From contig JAEOTQ010000010.1 in the NCBI GenBank assembly GCA_016839785.1, positions 1 to 23,694 of the forward strand: a DNA stretch of 23,694 bases, in the 5' to 3' direction. The DNA comes from Candidatus Hodarchaeota archaeon (GTDB lineage Archaea; Asgardarchaeota; Heimdallarchaeia; Hodarchaeales; Hodarchaeaceae). This document shows, in pieces, positions 17,278-23,694 of this stretch (position 1 is its first letter; each line of letters begins with the position of its first letter). The notes under the pieces are model-generated. The model was not told the DNA's origin and made no database searches. It worked only from the letters and a program-made list of their open reading frames with translations. Both the position numbers and the translations under genes were made by a program.

Positions 17278-18009
17278 TTAATCGATTCTGGGAATCAAAT
17301 CTAGTAATTGCTGTGGAGCGTTGATATGATAATCACAAGAAGGTTCCTCACACTTCAGAGAATGTAAAACATGGATAGTTTTAATTCCCATTTCTTTAGC
17401 ATATTTTAAATAAGCTGAAGAATCATCCACGATCACACCATCTTCCGAGGAAATCTTCATGTCGGTTAAGATCTTTTTATAAAATATCTTACCTCCTTTC
17501 AATGTATCTATAAGATCTGGACCATAAAGTTTTGTAAAACAATCATTAACTCCCATTCCAAGGAGATATCCTCTCAAAGACCATGAAGATTCCCCTGACG
17601 CAGTACAAAGGGTATACCCTCTATCTTTTAAGCTAATTATGGTGTCAACTATCCCAGGATATGCAGAATCAACTCTGGGGGTAATCCATTCCTCTACTTC
17701 ACGACCAAGTTGAAATCGTTGTTTGACGGGAGGAGGTTCAATTTCAGCGAATATGAACATATCAGTAATCCACTGACTCACTGTTTTTTTCCAAAATGTA
17801 TTATATTCTATTAATGGAGTATTTTTTATTGTAGAATTGTAATCGTCCATCAACCGGTTGAATGCGTAATTATTTGCGGATTTCCAAATGCTGTTGGCGC
17901 CTCCATATCGAGGAACGAAAAATTTGGCAATTAATTCCCTCCATTGAGGTTCACGACTAATATTGTCATTCATAACCCCACCATCATCAAGAAAAATTAC
18001 TTTCACCAT
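17278..18009 (-). CDS. HAD superfamily hydrolase
   Basis: Motif I IFLDDGGVM, motif II TASG, motif III Lys and motif IV IVDDS..GIKTIHV. Probably leaderless from ATG 18009 (the track gives 18021). Confidence 0.85.
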   Translation of the reverse strand: MVKVIFLDDGGVMNDNISREPQWRELIAKFFVPRYGGANSIWKSANNYAFNRLMDDYNSTIKNTPLIEYNTFWKKTVSQWITDMFIFAEIEPPPVKQRFQLGREVEEWITPRVDSAYPGIVDTIISLKDRGYTLCTASGESSWSLRGYLLGMGVNDCFTKLYGPDLIDTLKGGKIFYKKILTDMKISSEDGVIVDDSSAYLKYAKEMGIKTIHVLHSLKCEEPSCDYHINAPQQLLDLIPRID

Positions 18010-18034
18010 AGGACATAACATCTTATTTGATACA

Positions 18035-18043
18035 TTATATAAA
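18035..18043 (-). promoter_or_regulatory. TATA box of the HAD gene
   Basis: TTTATATAA on the minus strand about 26 nt upstream of ATG 18009, the usual spacing for a leaderless archaeal transcript. Confidence 0.55.
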
Positions 18044-18082
18044 GAGCACTCTAATTCGGTTAATCTTGTTTCAAGTGGATGG

Positions 18083-18132
18083 TATATGAATTTATATATT
18101 TTGGTAAACGCAATATATGAATTGAATTCATA
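18083..18132. promoter_or_regulatory. Candidate transcription-factor operator pair in the divergent promoter
   Basis: TATATGAATT occurs at 18083 and 18114, and a perfect palindrome TATGAATT-G-AATTCATA spans 18116-18132. Confidence 0.4.
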
Positions 18133-18320
18133 AATTACTTCTTAGAATTTGAAAAAAGGAAAATTGAAATTTCAGCCTAGAATGAATGCGTCCAGTATTT
18201 TAAAACTTGAATATAGGCCATTTCACTATTATTTACTCACCCCCTCCCCAGTAGAATGACGATTTAATGTAAATGTGATTATAAATAACTTTTTCAAGCT
18301 TGAATTTTGAAGTCCTTCCA

Positions 18321-19181
18321 ATGCAAATACACCTTGATTGTATTCCATGTATTCAGAAACAGGTTTTACAGACCGCACGGCTAGCTACAGCAGATAAAGA
18401 CATTCAAAAACAAATACTTCAGGAGACTCTCCAAACCATCCTTGCGTCAGAATGGAATACACGAACTATTCTACTGGCTTATGAAACTCAAGCAATAGTT
18501 AGTCGATTAACTGGTAATGAAGATCCTTATTTCAATTTGAAGGAAAAGTACAATAAATTTGTCCTTACTCTGTATCCTGAATTACAAAAAATGGTACAAA
18601 CTTCGAATAATCCCTTATTAACGGCATGTAAACTTGCAATTGCAGGAAATATCATAGATTTTGGGGCTTTAAAGCCATTCAATGTAAAAGATGAAATTAC
18701 GAAAGTTCTAAAGAATGATTTAACTATTGATCACAGTTATCTCTTAAGAAAGCGCTTAAAGAGAACAAAATCTCTTATATATCTCGCAGATAACTCTGGA
18801 GAAATCGTTTTTGATAAATTACTCATAGAAACAATCCTTCAAGAGTTCAATCCACAACGAATTACTTTTGTTGTTAAAAAGGATCCTATTCTGAATGATG
18901 TAATGAAACTGGATGCAGAAACTGTTGGAATTACAACCATTCCCCAGGTCGAGTTATACGAGGTAGGACGAGATCGACGGGATCCTAGCTTTATAAAATT
19001 TCTAGAAGAAACTGATATTGTCATTAGTAAAGGTCAAGCGAACTTTGAAGATCTACACGATCGTGATTACATATTTTTTCTTCTTATCTTAAAATGTGAT
19101 GTCATTGCAAAAGAGGTGGGACTTCCGGAAGGTAGTACCCTTCTGAGTACTGGTTCTAATACTTTTATTCATAAGGAATAA
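18321..19181 (+). CDS. ARMT1-like / DUF89 damage-control phosphatase
   Basis: N-terminal DCIPC, DPY, AIAGNIIDFG, YLADNSGEIVFD, PILND, ISKGQANFE and LKC motifs. ATG 18321 preferred. Confidence 0.92.
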   Translation: MQIHLDCIPCIQKQVLQTARLATADKDIQKQILQETLQTILASEWNTRTILLAYETQAIVSRLTGNEDPYFNLKEKYNKFVLTLYPELQKMVQTSNNPLLTACKLAIAGNIIDFGALKPFNVKDEITKVLKNDLTIDHSYLLRKRLKRTKSLIYLADNSGEIVFDKLLIETILQEFNPQRITFVVKKDPILNDVMKLDAETVGITTIPQVELYEVGRDRRDPSFIKFLEETDIVISKGQANFEDLHDRDYIFFLLILKCDVIAKEVGLPEGSTLLSTGSNTFIHKE

Positions 19182-20457
19182 TTTCAATTCTAGGTAGTTC
19201 AATAACAAAGCGAGTACCTTTGGTGTAATCATCTCTTACTCTATTTTCCACCCAAATTCTCCCATCAAACTTTTCAATTACAGTTTTCACAATAAATAAT
19301 CCCAATCCAGAACCCTGAGGTTTCTCTTGGGATCGAGCCCGAAAAAGCCTTTGAAATACTCTAGGCTTGAGTTCTTCTGGAATTCCCTCTCCCTGATCTT
19401 CTATCTCGATTTTAATTACTTCTGAATCGTTTTCAGTGATATTAACATTAATATTTTTCACTGTATGGTTATCAGCCAATATTGCATTCTGTAAAAGATT
19501 CATAAAACAGTTATCAATAATCGTTGTGCCATTAACAAAAATTTCATCGTTAGAAATCGTAATTTGAATATCTAATTCTTCATCTGGAAACATAGACTCA
19601 ACTGATTTAATAGCTCTATTGATTACTCCTCCAATAGCAATGGGTGTATAATCAGTTCTTCCTAGTCGTTTTAAACTAGACAAAACCCTCACCTGATCAA
19701 TAATGGTTTGAACTCGGGTAAGAGCTTGAATTGCTGTTTGAGTAAAGAATTGTCCATCTTGATTTTGGGGTTCCAACATTGTCTTTACTTCCTCTAGACA
19801 GCTCCAGATAACCATTGATTGACTAGAGACATCATGGGTGAGCAAATCTACCATAAAATCTAATTCATCCATGGTTTCATTAGCTCTCTCAATCGCAGAT
19901 TTTTGAATTATAACGCTACCGAGTTCTGCAGTGATTGATTCTATAAACGTAACTTCATGAGCATCAAATGGTCTATTTCCTGTACGAGCTACTTGAATTA
20001 CACCGTGTGGAATATTATGGTACATGATTGGACTAGATAACAAATTAGTCATACCCAAATCCTTTACGACTTTATGTGCTCTTTTAGATATATTCAAAGT
20101 TGATATATCATTTATTACGATAGTTTTTTCGTCTAAAACTGTTTGTGCGGCAAGACCCTTAATGGTAGAATAGTTCTTATCTTTCAAATGTCCAAGAGAG
20201 GGAAAAAGAGCTTGTTGCTTGATAGTATTATGAAGTGAAAGTGTACCTCCCACTTCAGCGACTAGGACCACAGTATCTTTTTCTAGTAAAAAGATTCCTC
20301 CCATCACTGCATCTATCTTCTCGGTGACCGTTTTTATAATATAATCTAACATTGTCTGAAAATCATACTTAATAAATGCCTTAGTGATTGAAACAACAGT
20401 TTCTAATATCTGATTTTCGGATTCGGATTTGGAGATTTTCGTCAAGAGGCATGACAC
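19165..20457 (-). CDS. Cytoplasmic GAF-domain sensor histidine kinase
   Basis: GAF region (LLSSPI..GVIQV..PFDAHEV), H-box LTHDV, N-box NLLQNAI, G1 DQGEGI, F-box VFQRLF and G2 GSGLGL. No TM helices. Confidence 0.92.
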   Translation of the reverse strand: MSCLLTKISKSESENQILETVVSITKAFIKYDFQTMLDYIIKTVTEKIDAVMGGIFLLEKDTVVLVAEVGGTLSLHNTIKQQALFPSLGHLKDKNYSTIKGLAAQTVLDEKTIVINDISTLNISKRAHKVVKDLGMTNLLSSPIMYHNIPHGVIQVARTGNRPFDAHEVTFIESITAELGSVIIQKSAIERANETMDELDFMVDLLTHDVSSQSMVIWSCLEEVKTMLEPQNQDGQFFTQTAIQALTRVQTIIDQVRVLSSLKRLGRTDYTPIAIGGVINRAIKSVESMFPDEELDIQITISNDEIFVNGTTIIDNCFMNLLQNAILADNHTVKNINVNITENDSEVIKIEIEDQGEGIPEELKPRVFQRLFRARSQEKPQGSGLGLFIVKTVIEKFDGRIWVENRVRDDYTKGTRFVIELPRIEIIPYE

Positions 20458-20532
20458 CGTTGAATATGTTCTTACGTGAGGATTGTAGAATGTTTCATAA
20501 ATCCTACGGCAGAGTATCTTCTAGGTAGGACG

Positions 20533-21444
20533 TTAGGATTCGCTCTTTGTTGACTGAGGTTGGATAATGGAAGAATAAGATTTTCCCTTTTGAATCTCTG
20601 AAATCAATCCTTGAAGTAAAGGATCAAAACCAAATCCTGTTGAAGATTCAGTTTCGTATATTAATCTAATAGGTACAAGCAATTTTCTAGAAAGATATCT
20701 CCTGACGTTCTTAACTGATCCGATATCAATTTTATTAGCAGCAATCACATATGGTAAATCCCAGAAGTTACGAATTTCCTCTAACAATTCTTTCGATGCA
20801 TTGATAGATTGACTTTCTGAAATATCTATAAAAAAGATGTAACCATCAGATTCTTTACTAAATTTCCACCAGTGTTGCTGGAAGGCCATTCCGAGATCGT
20901 AAAAACGTAACTGTTGATTTACTGGGGAGTTCTCTTGTGTAACTATGTTTACTAGTTTCGTGGGTTCATATGTGTTGAAACCTGCTAGCTGCTGGTCTGT
21001 TAGATATTGTTGAACAAATGTAGTTTTTCCTGAACGAGCAAGTCCTAATAATGAAATACGTAACGTTTTCGAGGAGTCCACCATTCTAACAATCGTATCA
21101 CAAATGTCCTGAAAATCCCTTTGGAACGAAGATTGATGTTTTTCAAAGAGGTCGGATTTGTACGACTTTCCTAGTAGTTTTAAAAACGATTGAAGCTTTG
21201 AAAAAGAAGTGTTGATACTAGCAATTGCTACCAAAAGTACTTGTTGTGACTTTAAATAGGAAAAGGCTAGGAGTTTATCACCACAAACCCATCCTTGAAC
21301 AGGCCTAGCATTTTCTTTCTGAATGAGCAGGCTTCGAATTGCAGGCAAGGAAATCGAAAGTTGACAATCATCGGGTGTAACAGAAATTGTCGAAACAATT
21401 TCTTGATTATTGTCATCATAAACCTTGACTGAAAGCAATGTCAT
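20533..21444 (-). CDS. Longin-like domain fused to an Arf-related small GTPase
   Basis: G1 GLARSGKTT, G2 YEPT, degenerate G3 DLGM, Arf-like WWKFSKESDGYIFFID and G4 NKID. The N-terminal ~120 aa show a beta-beta-alpha-beta-beta-beta-alpha-alpha pattern (longin assignment inferred). Confidence 0.8.
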   Translation of the reverse strand: MTLLSVKVYDDNNQEIVSTISVTPDDCQLSISLPAIRSLLIQKENARPVQGWVCGDKLLAFSYLKSQQVLLVAIASINTSFSKLQSFLKLLGKSYKSDLFEKHQSSFQRDFQDICDTIVRMVDSSKTLRISLLGLARSGKTTFVQQYLTDQQLAGFNTYEPTKLVNIVTQENSPVNQQLRFYDLGMAFQQHWWKFSKESDGYIFFIDISESQSINASKELLEEIRNFWDLPYVIAANKIDIGSVKNVRRYLSRKLLVPIRLIYETESSTGFGFDPLLQGLISEIQKGKSYSSIIQPQSTKSES

Positions 21445-21648
21445 TCAATCGACACCTAGAGAATTTATCCCAGTTAAAATTCTATTTAGAGATATTCTAC
21501 AGAATAATTGAGGGTAAAATTAATAATAAATAATTCTCGACAAATTATCCGCAGAATTTAAATTATATTTGACGGATAACTTCCTAACTCCCCATTATTA
21601 AGCCGTAATACTTTTTTATATGATGTATGTATTTGGATGGATTGAATA

Positions 21649-22305
21649 ATGGTTTCTGAAAAACAAAAAAACTTAATATGGGTAACTAGGCTTAGTTTTG
21701 CTCTTTTGGGCTGGTTTACACTCTTTATGAGTCATTACCTACAAATGGTAGATTTTGGTTCACTATCATTTTCTCTAGGAATTAAAATCCTAAGCTCTTA
21801 CTGATACTTTACAATGCAAACGAATTTCTTCGTATTGATTTGGTTAAGTTTCGCATCATTTTATTACAACAACCCCAATGTCATAGCCAAGTTACATGGC
21901 CCCGTGAAAGGAGCTCTTACAATTTATATTTCAGTGACTTTTCTCGTTTTTACTACGATATTAAGTCCATTATACCAACCCACAGGATTTGATGCTTTTT
22001 TTAATATTGTCTTACATTATATAATTCCACTAATATTTATATTTGATTGGATCACAACAGAAAAGGTATCCTATCAGTGGAAATATTTAATGATCTGGTT
22101 GATATATCCAATAACCTATCTATTTTTTTCACAAACGCATGGAGCTTTGACAGGAAGTTACCTGTATCCTTTTCTAAACAGTAGGGATTTAGGTTTCTTG
22201 AACTTCATTGTAAATGTAATTCTACTTCTGATACTCTTTGTCTCATTATCTTTACTCTGTTTTCTTGCCTCTAAAATGTTAAAAATAAGAAACAAAACAT
22301 TCTAA
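21649..22305 (+). pseudogene. Pr6Pr / FAR-17a/AIG1-like membrane protein interrupted by an in-frame TGA at 21802-21804
   Basis: The frame continues from ATG 21649 (MVSEKQKNLIWVTRLSFALLGW...SSY*YFTMQTN) into ORF 21814-22305. Family motifs YFTxxxN, LHYIIP..DW, YP..Y and YLYPFL are present. Confidence 0.75.
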
Positions 22306-22326
22306 AAAAAGGAAAAAGGGGAAAAA
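22304..22326 (-). terminator. Polypyrimidine terminator of the second acyl-CoA dehydrogenase gene
   Basis: T/C tract with several oligo-T runs on the minus strand just after the stop at 22337. Confidence 0.45.
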
Positions 22327-22336
22327 TGGATGAGAA

Positions 22337-23608
22337 TTAAGCCATTTTAACCATGGTATTGATAGTTCGAGAACCTATGAGGAGTTGAACGTTTCTGGTT
22401 CCACCAACTACCTCGGATATTTCAGATAGACCTTGATAATGCGGCATTTTGGTCTGATCAGTGACACCTGTTCCACCCATTGCGTGCATAAGTTCATAAC
22501 ATAGCTCATGATTCAAATATGAGCAATATTCTTTCATGTGTGATGAAGTTGCAACTAAAGGATTCATTGTTGGGGGAATATCGGCTAATTCTTCCTTCTT
22601 TGCATCGTATGTTTCAGCAAGTTTAAGGAGAGCCATTGTCGCAGTTGTTAATCGGGCGTGATACTTTGCCATAACTGACATTCCCACCGCTTGATGCCTT
22701 AAGATCTTCTCACCAAATTGCTTTCGTACGGTTGTATAGATAGAAGCAAGAGTAAAAGCACCCCACATGTTACCTACACATTCAGCTGCGATTCCGATAC
22801 GTTCTGGTACTAACCCTTCAAAGAGGATTTCGTAACCTGCACCATTGTCTCCTGTAATATAATCTGTTGGGATATGTGAGTCTGTAAAGATAGTTTTTCC
22901 TATATGAAGTTTATTCACTGAAGGAATACCAATTCTCTCAGCTTTAAAGCCAGTAGCCCAGTCTTTATGTGATGCTCCTTGAACCATTGTTCCTCGGGGA
23001 TCTTCTGGATTGTAAACAGCATAAACTACACAGATATCTGCCTTTGGACTATTCGTTGTGTAACACTTTTCTCCATTGATGACGATTCTATCATCAACCT
23101 TTTCTGCTTTTACCTTCATATTAACAGCATCGGATCCTTGTAAGGGTTCAGTTATACCAATACACCCAATTTTCTTTCCATCAAGGAGATCCTTCAAATC
23201 ATTCACAAGAGGGTCTTTACCCTCGTTATGATGAGCAATAGGGTTTATCGCAAGAACAGAGGCCCCAAGAGCCATACTCAATTGAGGATTGAATATATCC
23301 ATTGTCCACTGTCTCAGAATCTCAGGTTTCAACCCGATTTCTAAATCATCACGATGGGGATATTCATTGGTTCTGTTAATTAACCCATGACTTCCAGCCC
23401 AGGGAAATAAATCATAAACATCCAGTTTATTATGACCACGGGTTCCGCCAATCTCTTCTTCTTTCTCTAAACAGATATTCTGAATCTTTTCGACGAATGA
23501 TTTATCCTCATCCGAAAGCAACATCATCATGTTCCCATTGAAGATTCCATATTGCTTATTCAAGTTCATTTCAGACAGAACAGCATCTTCTAATAATTGT
23601 GTTTTCAT
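22337..23608 (-). CDS. Acyl-CoA dehydrogenase (IVD/LCAD-type catalytic Glu position)
   Basis: ITEPLQGSD, NGEKCYTTN, LVPERIGIA, RKQFG, MGGTG and EVVGGTRNVQ motifs. Confidence 0.9.
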   Translation of the reverse strand: MKTQLLEDAVLSEMNLNKQYGIFNGNMMMLLSDEDKSFVEKIQNICLEKEEEIGGTRGHNKLDVYDLFPWAGSHGLINRTNEYPHRDDLEIGLKPEILRQWTMDIFNPQLSMALGASVLAINPIAHHNEGKDPLVNDLKDLLDGKKIGCIGITEPLQGSDAVNMKVKAEKVDDRIVINGEKCYTTNSPKADICVVYAVYNPEDPRGTMVQGASHKDWATGFKAERIGIPSVNKLHIGKTIFTDSHIPTDYITGDNGAGYEILFEGLVPERIGIAAECVGNMWGAFTLASIYTTVRKQFGEKILRHQAVGMSVMAKYHARLTTATMALLKLAETYDAKKEELADIPPTMNPLVATSSHMKEYCSYLNHELCYELMHAMGGTGVTDQTKMPHYQGLSEISEVVGGTRNVQLLIGSRTINTMVKMA

Positions 23609-23694
23609 CTCTCTTCACTTTTTACAAACATGTATTTCATAGCTGTTGAACCATTCTCTTCATCAGCTATCTGATAATTAAGATTCTTAGAGTC

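Noticed and set aside
12135-19024. ORFs 12135-12320, 13823-14104, 16128-16397 and 18839-19024
   Set aside because: They are shadows overlapping better-supported genes.
21802-21804. Selenocysteine codon or alternative genetic code
   Set aside because: The position is not a redox Cys site, no SECIS is visible, and TGA terminates other genes in the window normally.
1-23694. CRISPR array, tRNA/rRNA genes, IS or provirus
   Set aside because: No regularly spaced repeats, cloverleaf or GC-rich RNA segments, transposase, integrase or terminal repeats were seen.

Overview
An AT-rich, gene-dense archaeal chromosomal window. A tandem histone, a longin-like/Arf-related small GTPase fusion, a RuBisCO-like protein, a SERCA-type pump and GAGG/GGTGA Shine-Dalgarno sites together suggest an Asgard archaeon, possibly Heimdallarchaeia (inference). 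About 26 CDSs are present, mostly on the minus strand. In order: form IV RuBisCO-like protein (truncated by the window edge), a 49-aa zinc-finger microprotein, ECF S component, orphan amino-DNA methyltransferase, histone doublet, P2A Ca2+-ATPase, tail-anchored saccharopine-dehydrogenase-like enzyme, acyl-CoA dehydrogenase, MFS transporter, 48-aa membrane microprotein, macrodomain, coiled-coil/winged-helix protein, membrane protein, PaaI thioesterase, a redox cluster (small CxC protein, cobalamin/4Fe-4S reductive-dehalogenase/QueG-like enzyme, ferredoxin:thioredoxin reductase, glutaredoxin, LMW-PTP, HAD), DUF89 phosphatase, GAF histidine kinase, longin-GTPase fusion, a TGA-interrupted Pr6Pr/AIG1-like gene and a second acyl-CoA dehydrogenase. 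The most unusual non-coding signal is the ~300-nt leader of the MFS gene. It holds a 23-codon uORF, several mutually exclusive pairings built on a TGACAA motif, and a hairpin plus U-tract, which together resemble a ribosome-coupled attenuator. No rRNA, tRNA, CRISPR array or mobile element was recognised. All calls were made by eye, with no searches or folding run.
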